A DNA stretch of 52,042 nucleotides, taken from a virus. Taxonomy: Duplodnaviria; Caudoviricetes. Under the pieces are notes generated by a model. The model saw only the letters and a program-made list of their open reading frames with translations, was not told the DNA's origin and did not search any database. Location: the IMG/VR virus record IMGVR_UViG_3300044591_001148, positions 1-52,042 of that record; one strand, given 5' to 3'. Positions 17,593 through 27,249 of the stretch are shown here, in pieces. Position numbers and translations under genes: made by a program. The stretch's first letter is position 1; every line of letters starts with the position of its first letter.

Positions 17593-19662
17593 ATGGATGC
17601 AAAACTGATTGCGGCGGCACTAGGACACTCAAGGCCAGCAGCAAACGGACATTGGCTGGCGTCCTGCCCGGTCCTTGACCATGGACAGGGGAATGGGGAC
17701 AAGAACCCATCACTGTCAGTCAGGGATGAGGACGGTAAGCTGCTGCTGAAGTGTCACGGTGGATGTTCGCAGCAGGATGTTTGGGCAGCGGTCAGGGACA
17801 TGGGGCTGCTGCCTGAGACATCAGAGTGGGTGGAGCCATTGGCTGGCATTGGCAGGCGTATCAATGGACACCATCCACCAACACCAAGGTTACCAGTACC
17901 TACTACACCTACTACACCAGTTCAGGTAGAACTAGAGCAGGAGTGGCTGTACGAGGATGAGTCTGGCGTCACACAATTCGTGAAGCAGAGGTTCCGAACT
18001 TCAGACGCCAAGGGTAAGACGTACAAGTTGTTGCGGGTGATGTCTGACGGAACCCGGCAGGCGTCAATGTCGGGTGCTAGGATCATCCCTTACCGTCTCG
18101 CTGATGTCCTCGAGGCCAAGTTCCAAGCAAAGCCAATATTCATTTGCGAGGGTGAGAAGGCGGCTGATGCCTTGGCATCACTTGGCGTCTTTACTTGTAC
18201 GTCTCACACTGGTGCTGGGAGTTGGCCTGCTGCCAACAGCGTTTGGTTTAAGGACTTAGCGGTGGTGCTGGTCCCAGACAATGACGCACCAGGCTATAGA
18301 TATGCATCCTTGGTAGCGGCTGCACTTCTTCCAATTGCCAAGTCAGTCAGACTCCTGGCGTTACCCGTAGGGCATACGGAGGATGCGTTTGAGTGGGTGG
18401 CGGCTGGTGGTGATAAGTCTGGCCTGATGGCACTGTGCAAAAGGTTGGAGCCTATCTCTGATGCCTCAGAGATTGTTTATCTCCCACCACCAGCACCAGC
18501 AGAAGACTCTGAGCCAGACGCCGAGGAACTGGATTCAGAGACAGAGGAAGTCGAAAGTAAGATTTTGATTGAGGAGTGGGACACCATCCAGGATGAGCCA
18601 GTGGAGTGGCTGATTCAGGACGTTCTGCCCAGAAAGGGATTCAGCGCACTGTTTGGACCACCGGGTTCGTTCAAGTCTTTTGTGGCCTTGGACATTGCTC
18701 ATTCAGTAGCTACGGGTAAGGCCTGGATGGGTAAGGAGGTGTCTGTCCCTGGCGCAGTGCTTTACATCTGTGGTGAGGGGCATGGAGGCATTGGGGCTAG
18801 GATCAAGGCACTGCGAGTGCATCACAAGACTGAGCCTGGCGCACCAGTCTACGTTATTCGTCACCAGTTGAACTTACGCAGTTCAAAGGAAGACGTACAG
18901 CAGCTCCAGCTTGCCATCACCAACCTAGTGGCAAGGACTCAGGTCAGGTTTGAGCTGGTGCAGGTAGACACCTTGGCTAGAGCGTTTGGCGGTGGCAATG
19001 AGAATGACTCGTCGGACATGGGGTCGTTCATTGCCTCGCTATCAAAGATTCAGCGCCTGTTGGACTGTGCATTGCAGATCGTCCACCACGTTGGTAAGGA
19101 TGTCACCAAGGGACTGAGGGGTCACAGTTCACTACTTGGTGCGTTAGATACTGAGTTGGAACTCCAACGTATTAATGATGGGTTACAAGATAATAATATT
19201 GCTGGTGCTGGTAATATAACTATTACTAAGCAGAAGGATGGAAGTGACGGTGCTAAGTATGGATTTCGTATGGTCAAGGTGGACTTAGATAATACTAATT
19301 TAGGGTTTGAATCTACTCAGAGTTTGGCGGTTGAGGCTACGGATGTGGCTGTAAATGTGCAGCCAGTTGGCCTGAAAAGGACGGGTCAGGGTAAGCATCA
19401 GGGCAAGGCAATGGCAGCTTTTGTGGAGTCAATCAGGGAAACTGATCGCATTCAGTCCACCAAGTTTGGTCAAAAGAAGGTGACTTTGGTGTCTCTTTGG
19501 CGGGAAAAAGTGTGGCGTGGGTTGGGTAAAACGGGTGAGGTTAAGGGTCGAGACATCGAATTTAAGGCTGCTTGGAGGGCTGCAACCAACCTTGAGGGTG
19601 TGACGTTGGACGGTGATTTTGCGTTCTTCACCACCAAGTTTAACGAGAAAGAGCACTTTTAG
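17593..19662 (+). CDS. Primase-helicase (Zn finger + TOPRIM + RepA/AAA_25 helicase)
   Basis: CPVLDH/CHGGC; CEGEKAAD and DND; Walker A GPPGSFKS, Walker B VDT, IVHH, RGHS. Confidence 0.9.
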   Translation: MDAKLIAAALGHSRPAANGHWLASCPVLDHGQGNGDKNPSLSVRDEDGKLLLKCHGGCSQQDVWAAVRDMGLLPETSEWVEPLAGIGRRINGHHPPTPRLPVPTTPTTPVQVELEQEWLYEDESGVTQFVKQRFRTSDAKGKTYKLLRVMSDGTRQASMSGARIIPYRLADVLEAKFQAKPIFICEGEKAADALASLGVFTCTSHTGAGSWPAANSVWFKDLAVVLVPDNDAPGYRYASLVAAALLPIAKSVRLLALPVGHTEDAFEWVAAGGDKSGLMALCKRLEPISDASEIVYLPPPAPAEDSEPDAEELDSETEEVESKILIEEWDTIQDEPVEWLIQDVLPRKGFSALFGPPGSFKSFVALDIAHSVATGKAWMGKEVSVPGAVLYICGEGHGGIGARIKALRVHHKTEPGAPVYVIRHQLNLRSSKEDVQQLQLAITNLVARTQVRFELVQVDTLARAFGGGNENDSSDMGSFIASLSKIQRLLDCALQIVHHVGKDVTKGLRGHSSLLGALDTELELQRINDGLQDNNIAGAGNITITKQKDGSDGAKYGFRMVKVDLDNTNLGFESTQSLAVEATDVAVNVQPVGLKRTGQGKHQGKAMAAFVESIRETDRIQSTKFGQKKVTLVSLWREKVWRGLGKTGEVKGRDIEFKAAWRAATNLEGVTLDGDFAFFTTKFNEKEHF

Positions 19663-19663
19663 G

Positions 19664-19816
19664 GTGTTCACAAATGGGAACAAATGGGGAACAAATGGTA
19701 GACGATTTATGAACAGAAAAGTGTTCACAAATGGGGGCAAGGGTATAACACTTGCCCATTTGTGAACAGTTGGGTAGGTGTTTTGGGGTGGGAACAAATG
19801 GAAGGGGAACAAATGG
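19664..19816. repeat. ACAAATGG iteron array with hairpin; candidate replication origin
   Basis: Direct copies at 19670, 19680, 19691, 19727, 19794, 19809; one inverted copy at 19756. Confidence 0.75.
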
Positions 19817-20463
19817 CAAAAGGTAAAACAGTGGTGGTGGAGGCTAGTCGCTATCCGTTGGATGAGTTCAAGGTGAAGGCTGAGTCTTTGGTGGCTAGGT
19901 TGGAACGGGTGAAGAATGACCATGAGGCTAGGTGGGGAATTAGGCGCATTGAGATGCTGGTGGATTCCAGCTTGAGGTTGAGGCTGGAGCAGCAGATGGA
20001 GAGGGTCTTCAATGCACAGCAGGAGAGGGACATCGAGAAGATGGAGAAGGCGGTTAACGGGATGGTTAAGGGATATGGTGTTCTTGACCAGTGGGCATTA
20101 GATAATAATATTGAGCAGCCGAGTATTAATGCAGTGGAGTGGGTTATGCAGGACAAGAGTGTGATGGTGGTGGTTCAGACTCACGCTGATGCAATATATT
20201 ATCAACAGTTTCGGCCTGATGTTGGTAATAGGCATATATGGTCAATGGAGGAGTTAGAGTTATTATTGCAGTCAGATATTATTAAGGATATTATTAAGGC
20301 AAAGGCGTTACTCCCAGGCACAAGGATGGTTCAGGTGACGCCAGGTGGTAAGACAGGGTTTGATGACTGGCCTGATGCTGACGTTGACCTGAGCGGGGGA
20401 ATCGAGGAGCCTTTGTTCAACTTTGAACACGCAAGGATGATGGGTGGCGTTAGGAGCCGTTAA
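19813..20463 (+). CDS. Hypothetical protein
   Basis: ATG at 19813 with GAAGGGG upstream; intact ORF. Confidence 0.65.
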   Translation: MAKGKTVVVEASRYPLDEFKVKAESLVARLERVKNDHEARWGIRRIEMLVDSSLRLRLEQQMERVFNAQQERDIEKMEKAVNGMVKGYGVLDQWALDNNIEQPSINAVEWVMQDKSVMVVVQTHADAIYYQQFRPDVGNRHIWSMEELELLLQSDIIKDIIKAKALLPGTRMVQVTPGGKTGFDDWPDADVDLSGGIEEPLFNFEHARMMGGVRSR

Positions 20464-20530
20464 AATCGACTCAGGTGGCATCAAAGGTACAGAGTGGTAC
20501 TTGGGGTGCTTGGTTCAACGATAGACGATT

Positions 20531-20965
20531 GTGGAGCGTTTAAAGATGTATGTGAAGCGGAAGGCAGACATCGCCATGCTGGAGTCAATCGACAAGGAAA
20601 TCGTCTTTTCGATGATCGAGGTGGGTAAGTCAATTGCTAATGTCTGCATTGAATTGGGCATTAGCAAGCGTGCGCTTGAGACTTGGATTGAAGATAACGG
20701 TTATGAGCCGGATATACTACGCGCACGCGTGCGTGCTGCCGATATGATGGCTTGCGAGACTGTGGAAATAGCCGACACCATCTCCGACGATAACCCGAGC
20801 AAGCCGCTGCACCGCATCCGAACGCGCCAGTGGCTCGCCGAGAGGTGGGACGCGAAGACATATGGCGCGAAACAGGCAGCGGTGACGGTCAATATCGGCA
20901 ACCTGCGCCTGGACGCCTTGCGCCAGCTTGAGGTGGTCGAGGACTTATCCACAGGCGAAACGTAG
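20531..20965 (+). CDS. terS: Terminase small subunit
   Basis: N-terminal HTH; EIAD...RIRTRQWLAERW..KTYG motif; upstream of terL (start codon uncertain). Confidence 0.8.
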   Translation: MERLKMYVKRKADIAMLESIDKEIVFSMIEVGKSIANVCIELGISKRALETWIEDNGYEPDILRARVRAADMMACETVEIADTISDDNPSKPLHRIRTRQWLAERWDAKTYGAKQAAVTVNIGNLRLDALRQLEVVEDLSTGET

Positions 20966-21032
20966 ACTTTCCAGCTCTATCCTGTGGATAACTACAGGAT
21001 ATGGCTAAAGTGTCTGTATAGCCTGTGGATAA
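20945..21032. promoter_or_regulatory. Cluster of three perfect DnaA boxes
   Basis: TTATCCACA 20945-20953; TGTGGATAA 20983-20991 and 21024-21032. Confidence 0.8.
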
Positions 21033-21042
21033 GCCATTTGCT

Positions 21043-21070
21043 TGTTAACATAATGGACATCGTATTAAGC
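21043..21070 (-). other. dif-like XerC/XerD recombination site
   Basis: Minus strand GCTTAATACGA-TGTCCA-TTATGTTAACA: 11-6-11 layout, with the XerD arm 9/11 to TTATGTTAAAT. Confidence 0.65.
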
Positions 21071-21317
21071 ATTCGGTGCATAACTGCTGTTTCCGTATGT
21101 TTTACGCAACATGGTGAGTCCAGACGCTGGCGGCTCCAGCCTGCCGCGCCAGCCGGGTGACCCCCCCGTCAGCGCCAACGGCGGGGGCGGCAGTTGCAGC
21201 ACCAAACGCCTACCGAAAAAAATAAAACGTAACGTAAAAATAAAACATAGCACCCCCCCACCCACCGCTACTCGCAACACGCCTTCCAAAAAAAATAAAA
21301 AATGCATAATATGAAAT

Positions 21318-22727
21318 ATGACCACTGACGCTAATCCGTTCCTCGCCTTTGCCAAGCTGTATAAAAACAACCCTGTGCTGTTTGTAAGGGAAGTCCTTGG
21401 CGTTAAGCCTGACCCCTGGCAAGAGGAATTCTTGGGGCATATCGCCGCCAACAACAGGCGCATCAGCGTTAGGTCCGGGCACGGCGTCGGCAAGAGTACG
21501 GCAGCGTCCTGGGCCATCATCTGGTATCTGCTGCTGCGTTTCCCGGTGAAGATTGTGGTGACAGCCCCCACCAGCAGCCAACTGTATGACGCGCTGTTTG
21601 CCGAGTTGAAACGCTGGGTGAAGGCGCTACCACCGACACTGCAGGAGCAGTTGGAGGTGAAGCAGGACCGCATCGAGGTGAGAGAGGCACCGACAGAGGC
21701 GTTCATCAGCGCCAGGACATCACGCGCAGAGCAGCCCGAGGCGCTGCAAGGCGTCCACTCCGACAATGTGATGCTGGTGGCTGACGAGGCCAGCGGTATA
21801 CCAGAGCAGGTGTTCGAGGCGGCGGCAGGCAGTATGTCGGGCCACAAGGCCGTGACGCTACTCTTAGGTAACCCGGTACGCAGCAGCGGATTCTTTTTTG
21901 ATACGCACAACCGCCTGAAGGATGACTGGGTGACGATGAAGGTGAGCTGCGCCGACAGCCCCAGGGTGTCAGACGCCTATATGGACGAGATGAAGTCTAG
22001 GTACGGTGAGGAGAGCAACGCCTACCGCATCCGGGTGCTGGGTGACTTTCCGAGGAGCGATGACGATACCGTGATACCTATGGAGCTGCTGGAGGCGGCA
22101 ACGAACAGGGACGTAGCAGTCAGCCCAATAGCCAAGGTTGTGTGGGGGCTGGACGTTGCGAGGTTTGGCAGTGACAGGAGCGCATTATGCAAGCGGCAGG
22201 GTAATGCAGTTACCGAGCCAGTCAAAACGTGGAAGAACCTGGACCTGATGCAACTGACTGGCGCGGTGATGGCTGAGTACCAGGCGCTACCACCGGACCA
22301 GCGTCCGCATGAGATTATGGTGGATAGTATTGGGTTGGGGGCTGGTGTGGTGGACAGGCTGCGTGAGCTGAAGTTGCCAGCCATTGGCATTAACGTGGCA
22401 GAATCCCCGGCATTGGGGAGTACCTACCGGAATCTGAAGGCTGAGTTGTGGCACAAGGCCAAGGCTTGGCTGGAGAAGCGGGACTGCGTTATTCCCAAGG
22501 ATGAGTCCTTGATTGCTGAACTGGCGACAGTAAGGTACTTCTTTACCAGTGGGGGTAAAATTCAGATTGAGGGCAAGGACGAGATTCGCAAGCGTGGGTT
22601 GGCGTCACCCGACAAGGCTGATGCCTTTTGCCTTACATTTGCCAGCGATGCCGGGACTGCGATGTTCGGCTCGCAGATGCATAAGTATGGTTCGAGTTTG
22701 AAACGTAACCTGACGAGGGCAGCATGA
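21318..22727 (+). CDS. terL: Terminase large subunit
   Basis: Walker A SGHGVGKS, Walker B LVADEA, GNP, nuclease GLDVARFGSD and SPDKADA. Confidence 0.95.
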   Translation: MTTDANPFLAFAKLYKNNPVLFVREVLGVKPDPWQEEFLGHIAANNRRISVRSGHGVGKSTAASWAIIWYLLLRFPVKIVVTAPTSSQLYDALFAELKRWVKALPPTLQEQLEVKQDRIEVREAPTEAFISARTSRAEQPEALQGVHSDNVMLVADEASGIPEQVFEAAAGSMSGHKAVTLLLGNPVRSSGFFFDTHNRLKDDWVTMKVSCADSPRVSDAYMDEMKSRYGEESNAYRIRVLGDFPRSDDDTVIPMELLEAATNRDVAVSPIAKVVWGLDVARFGSDRSALCKRQGNAVTEPVKTWKNLDLMQLTGAVMAEYQALPPDQRPHEIMVDSIGLGAGVVDRLRELKLPAIGINVAESPALGSTYRNLKAELWHKAKAWLEKRDCVIPKDESLIAELATVRYFFTSGGKIQIEGKDEIRKRGLASPDKADAFCLTFASDAGTAMFGSQMHKYGSSLKRNLTRAA

Positions 22728-22882
22728 AACTTACAGCAGCAACCAAGAAAATTGCAAAGGTGATGGGTGAATTTAAAGACAAGAAGCTGATGAGCAGCTC
22801 CGGTCAGAAGGTCAAGACCCGTAACCAGGCCGTGGCAATCGCCATGTCCGAGGCGCAGAAGATGAAGAAGGGGATGAAATGA
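22724..22882 (+). CDS. Small basic protein, DUF6496-like
   Basis: KVMGEFK..KL.SSSGQKVK...QAVAIAMSEA; ATGA overlaps at both ends. Confidence 0.7.
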   Translation: MKLTAATKKIAKVMGEFKDKKLMSSSGQKVKTRNQAVAIAMSEAQKMKKGMK

Positions 22883-23301
22883 GAACCATACCCAGGGAGA
22901 TGAAACACGCCGTGATGATTATCATGGGCGGCAAGGAGCCTGGTGATTCCTGTCCAGAGGCAACCCAAGACGTGACGCTAAACCTGAAGAACCGGGAGAA
23001 GGCGATTACCAAGGCGGCATACGGCCCAGAGAACCCCAAGCTGCCTAATACTGAGTTTTGGATGCGTAAGGCAGAGAAATGGGACGTCAGCGCCAAGGAC
23101 GCCAAGATGAGCAGATGCGGTAACTGCTCGGCGTTCAACCAAGACGAGGAGATGCTGGATTGCATTGCCGAGGGTATTGGTAGCGAAGACGTTGAGGACT
23201 TGGGGTACTGCGAGATATTTGACTTCAAGTGCTCCGCCAGCCGAACGTGCGATGCCTGGATTGTTGAAGACGAGGAAATGGACACAGAGCTGGAAGAATG
23301 A
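22879..23301 (+). CDS. Cys-rich putative metal/Fe-S binding protein
   Basis: RCGNCSAF...GYCEIFDFKCSASRTCDAW. Confidence 0.6.
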   Translation: MRTIPREMKHAVMIIMGGKEPGDSCPEATQDVTLNLKNREKAITKAAYGPENPKLPNTEFWMRKAEKWDVSAKDAKMSRCGNCSAFNQDEEMLDCIAEGIGSEDVEDLGYCEIFDFKCSASRTCDAWIVEDEEMDTELEE

Positions 23302-23981
23302 ACCCTCCCATTGTCATCAGCACCGTCCACGGTAAGGGTTTACCCGTACTGCTTGAGAGTATCAGGCAGTACGCACCTGACGTTCAGGTGTATCTCAAGG
23401 GTCCAGAGAATGTGGTTAGCGGATACGGCTGCACACTGATATTGGGTGAGCCAAGTAACTTTGGTGATGACTACAACGCAGTGATTCGCAGGGCGTTAAG
23501 TGATGGTTATGGAGCTGTAGTGATTGCGAATGATGATATTGTCTTGACGCCAAATAGTTATAGGATGTTGCTGGACGATGTTGCTATTTGCAAGGAGTTA
23601 AACCAGAACCCTGGACTGGTGGCGTCAAGGTCCGATGCAGTCAGGCCGTACCAGAATATCAGGTGGAACAACGGGGAAGAGCTGAATAATATGCAGTTCA
23701 CGCATGAGTCATTTGTCAGGCCGTTGTCTGTAGTGAGTCCGATATTTGCTTGGATGAGTGCAGAGGCGTTTGAGGATTGTCAGTTCCCGCCAATCAATTA
23801 CTTCAGCGATGATGTTATTTGCGCTGACTTGGAGAAGAAGGGCTACAAGCACTTTCTAAGTGCCAGCTACGTTCACCACATTGGCAGCAGCACCATAGGC
23901 CGGGATGCATATCAGTTGACGCTGGCGGCTAAACCTTGGATTGACAAGAATCGTCCAACCTACGCAAAAGAATGGTTTTGA
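23298..23981 (+). CDS. Glycosyltransferase (GT-A / GT2-like)
   Basis: IANDDI DxD-type motif, YFSDD, VHHIGS. Confidence 0.7.
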   Translation: MNPPIVISTVHGKGLPVLLESIRQYAPDVQVYLKGPENVVSGYGCTLILGEPSNFGDDYNAVIRRALSDGYGAVVIANDDIVLTPNSYRMLLDDVAICKELNQNPGLVASRSDAVRPYQNIRWNNGEELNNMQFTHESFVRPLSVVSPIFAWMSAEAFEDCQFPPINYFSDDVICADLEKKGYKHFLSASYVHHIGSSTIGRDAYQLTLAAKPWIDKNRPTYAKEWF

Positions 23982-23982
23982 A

Positions 23983-26037
23983 ATGGAAAATCTAAACACC
24001 GACACCCAGGCCGTTGAGGTGATGGACCTGGACGAGCTGCAGGGCATCATCAACATGGAGCTGACCGATGCAGTCAGCTACATTGACACTGACCTGAGTC
24101 CCATTCGAGCCAAGGGTACTGAGTATTACCGAGGCGATTTGTTCGGCACCGAGGAAGAGGGACGTAGCCAGGTGGTGGCAATGGAGGTGCGCGATACCGT
24201 TAGCGCCATGATGCCAAGCCTGATGCGGATATTCTTCAGTTCAGAGAACACAGTCGAGTTTGTGCCAACGGGACCAGAAGACGTTGCCAACGCACAGCAG
24301 GCCACCGACTACTGCAATTTTATTTTCAACAGCGACAACAACGGTTTCCTGACCACCTACGCCACCTTTAAGGATTCACTGGTGCGGAAGTGCGGGATTA
24401 TGAAGTGCTGGTGGGAGGAGGACGAGACTGTCCGGATCGAGGAGTATTCTGGCCTTGATGACCAGACCCTGCAAATCCTGATGCAAGAGCAGACTGATGT
24501 GATGGTGATGAACACCTATCCTGACCAGATGATGGGTCAGTTGCACGATGTCCAGATCAAGCGCAAGATCAAGGGCGGACGGGTGCGGATTATGTCTGTG
24601 CCGCCCGAGGAATTGCTGCTGGACCGCCGAGCTAGGTCATTTGATGACTCAGCCATCATTGCCCACCGCCAGATGGCGACAGTGGCGCAACTGATTGAGT
24701 TGGGCTACGACGAGGACGAGGTGCGGGAGAACATCACCAGCACCGACTTGGACACAAACGAGGAGTACCTGGCGCGTCAGCCTGTGAGTGCCTTTGGTGT
24801 TTCTGCTGAAAGCGCCAACCCCATGATGGAGCGAGTGCTGTACGTTGAGGCGTACCTGCGGATTGACTACGACATGGACGGGATACCCGAGCTGAGGAAA
24901 ATCTGCTGTATCGGCAGCGGCTACAAGATTAAGCGGAACCTGCCAGCGTCCTACATACCCTTCATTGACTTCCCCTGTGACCCCGAGCCACACACCTCAC
25001 CCTTGGAGGCCATGTCCATCTTTGACATTACGCATGACCTGCAAGAGATCAAGAGCGAGATTCTTAGGAATACCTTGGACAGCTTGGCGCAGAGCATCCA
25101 CCCAAGGACTGCCATTGTGGAGGGTCAAGTCAACATTGAGGATGTCCTGAACAACGAGACAGGCGCAATCATCCGCATGAGGGCGCCCGGCATGGTGCAG
25201 CCGTTCAGTACGCCATTTGTGGGACAGGCAGCATTCCCGATGCTGGACTACATGGACCAATTGCGTGAGGACCGTACTGGCATGAGCAAGGCGGCTATGG
25301 GACTGAACGCTGACGCCTTGCAGTCCAGCACCAAGGCGGCAGTGGCAGCAACTATCTCAGCCAGCCAAGGCCGCATTGAGTTGATCAGCCGCATCATGGC
25401 TGAAGGGATGCGGAAGCTGTTCAAGAGCATCTTGTTCTTGGTGACCACCCACCAGGACAAGGCTCGCATGGTGCGCCTGCGTAATGAGTTTGTGCAGATT
25501 GATCCGCGAGCCTGGGACGCTGCGATGGACTGCTCCATCAACATTGGCATGGGCAACGGAGACACCAACGAGCGCGTGGCGGCACTGATGCAGATCAGCG
25601 CCAAGCAGCAAGAAGTGCTGACCCAGCTTGGTGTGGTGAATCCCCTAGTGACGCCATCACAGTACAGCAGCACCTTGCGGAAGATTGTGGAGCTGAACGG
25701 GTTTAAAGACCCAAGCCAGTTCTTCAACCAGATACCCGCCGACTACCAGCCGCCAGCACCACCCGCACCCAAGCCAACACCAGAGGAGATGCTGGCGCAG
25801 GTTCAGGCACAGAGCATACAAGCCGACATCCAGAAGAAGGCAGCAGAACTTGAACTCAGCCGCCAGAAGATGGTGATGGACGATGACTTTGCGCGAGACA
25901 AGATGTACCAAGAGATGGCTCTAAAGAAGTACGAGCTGGAGCTGAAGTACAACACCCAAATCAGTACGGCTGAGATTACGGCTCAACAGAACATTGACCG
26001 TGAGATGCTTAAACAACAAACAGGAACCTTTCAATGA
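23983..26037 (+). CDS. Portal protein
   Basis: ~684 aa; YYRG, GRSQVV, VPPEE motifs, Gln-rich C-terminal barrel; follows terL. Confidence 0.9.
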   Translation: MENLNTDTQAVEVMDLDELQGIINMELTDAVSYIDTDLSPIRAKGTEYYRGDLFGTEEEGRSQVVAMEVRDTVSAMMPSLMRIFFSSENTVEFVPTGPEDVANAQQATDYCNFIFNSDNNGFLTTYATFKDSLVRKCGIMKCWWEEDETVRIEEYSGLDDQTLQILMQEQTDVMVMNTYPDQMMGQLHDVQIKRKIKGGRVRIMSVPPEELLLDRRARSFDDSAIIAHRQMATVAQLIELGYDEDEVRENITSTDLDTNEEYLARQPVSAFGVSAESANPMMERVLYVEAYLRIDYDMDGIPELRKICCIGSGYKIKRNLPASYIPFIDFPCDPEPHTSPLEAMSIFDITHDLQEIKSEILRNTLDSLAQSIHPRTAIVEGQVNIEDVLNNETGAIIRMRAPGMVQPFSTPFVGQAAFPMLDYMDQLREDRTGMSKAAMGLNADALQSSTKAAVAATISASQGRIELISRIMAEGMRKLFKSILFLVTTHQDKARMVRLRNEFVQIDPRAWDAAMDCSINIGMGNGDTNERVAALMQISAKQQEVLTQLGVVNPLVTPSQYSSTLRKIVELNGFKDPSQFFNQIPADYQPPAPPAPKPTPEEMLAQVQAQSIQADIQKKAAELELSRQKMVMDDDFARDKMYQEMALKKYELELKYNTQISTAEITAQQNIDREMLKQQTGTFQ

Positions 26038-26288
26038 CCGAGGAAGACATCATCCGCAAGGGCAACAAGTCAGAGCTACTGCTCCAAGACGAGGTTTTTA
26101 CCAATGCCCTGCAACAGCTTCAAGATATCCAGGTTTACAAGTGGAAGTCTAGCCTTCCAGATGAATCTGCAAAACGTGAGCAAGCGTGGGCGATGCTGCA
26201 AAGCATTGATATGTTGAAAACTGAGCTGAAGAAGATGATCGACAACGGTTGGGTGGAGCGTAAGAAATTGGAACGCACCCGTAAATGA
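26034..26288 (+). CDS. Small head-module protein
   Basis: Typical small gene between portal and scaffold. Confidence 0.65.
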   Translation: MTEEDIIRKGNKSELLLQDEVFTNALQQLQDIQVYKWKSSLPDESAKREQAWAMLQSIDMLKTELKKMIDNGWVERKKLERTRK

Positions 26289-26301
26289 AAGGAACTGAAA
26301 C

Positions 26302-27243
26302 ATGGATAACCTAAATATTGCTAACGCAGCAAGTGCGATCGACGCGATGTTGCCATCGGAAGGTGGGGACCAACAGGACGTTGAGTTGCATGAAGAGTTG
26401 ACGGAAGTTGACTCAGCGGCTCCAGAGGAGGAATTGCAAGACTCCGATGGGGAACAGCCTGATGAGGATGAGGCCGAGGAGGAGGAGGACAAGCCACCCG
26501 TATTCACCGTCAAAGTTGACGGCAAGAATGTCGAGGTCACGCTTGAAGAACTCCAAAAGGGCTACAGCCGAGAAGCAGACTACACCCGCAAGACTCAGCA
26601 AGTGTCCGAGGAACGAAGGGCGTTCCAGGCAGAGGCTGAACTTGTGCGGACGGAGCGCCAGCAGTATTCCCAGTTATTGGGGTCACTCCAGGCGCAACTT
26701 CAGCAAAACGCTGCACCTAAACTTGATATGGATCGTCTTTACAGTGAAGACCCAATCGAGTGGGTGAGGCAAAAGGAACTTGCAAGAGATGCCGAGAAAG
26801 TACACGCAGCTATTCAGTCTGAAAGGCAGCGACTCTCTCACATCCAGGCGCAAGAGCAATACCAGTCTATGCAGGCACACCTCGCACAACAGCAAGATGC
26901 CATGCTCAAAGCCATCCCTGAGTGGAGCAATCCAGACAAGGCCAAGGCTGAAAAGACGTTGCTGATTGAGTGGGGGCAAAAGCTAGGCTTTTCCTCTGAC
27001 GAGCTGAAGAATATTTTTGACCACCGTGCTGTCGTTGCGCTGCGTAAGGCTGCGCTGTACGACCAAATGATGACCAAGAGGGGCAACATCAGGCCAGCGG
27101 TCAACAATGGGCCTAAACCCGCCAAGCCAGGTGCAGCGGGGAGAATGGACAACATAACTGACTCTAGAAGGTCGCAACAACGTCTTGCTAAAACTGGTCG
27201 CGTCAACGATGCGGCTTCCGCAATTGAACATCTTTTGAGGTAA
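26302..27243 (+). CDS. Capsid scaffolding protein
   Basis: Acidic N-terminus, VKVDG..EVTLEEL..GY.READYTRKTQ motif, coiled coil. Confidence 0.85.
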   Translation: MDNLNIANAASAIDAMLPSEGGDQQDVELHEELTEVDSAAPEEELQDSDGEQPDEDEAEEEEDKPPVFTVKVDGKNVEVTLEELQKGYSREADYTRKTQQVSEERRAFQAEAELVRTERQQYSQLLGSLQAQLQQNAAPKLDMDRLYSEDPIEWVRQKELARDAEKVHAAIQSERQRLSHIQAQEQYQSMQAHLAQQQDAMLKAIPEWSNPDKAKAEKTLLIEWGQKLGFSSDELKNIFDHRAVVALRKAALYDQMMTKRGNIRPAVNNGPKPAKPGAAGRMDNITDSRRSQQRLAKTGRVNDAASAIEHLLR

Positions 27244-27249
27244 TTCAAA

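Noticed and set aside
17502-17678. Small ORF MKQEYWNLL... before the primase
   Set aside because: Plausible but overlaps the primase start by 86 bp and has no Shine-Dalgarno; not supportable without homologs
19664-19816. CRISPR mini-array
   Set aside because: Repeat core is only 8 bp with irregular 2-59 bp gaps and one inverted copy; no cas operon
21111-21314. 67-aa ORF between terS and terL
   Set aside because: Low-complexity product of C-runs and A-tracts; more likely noncoding
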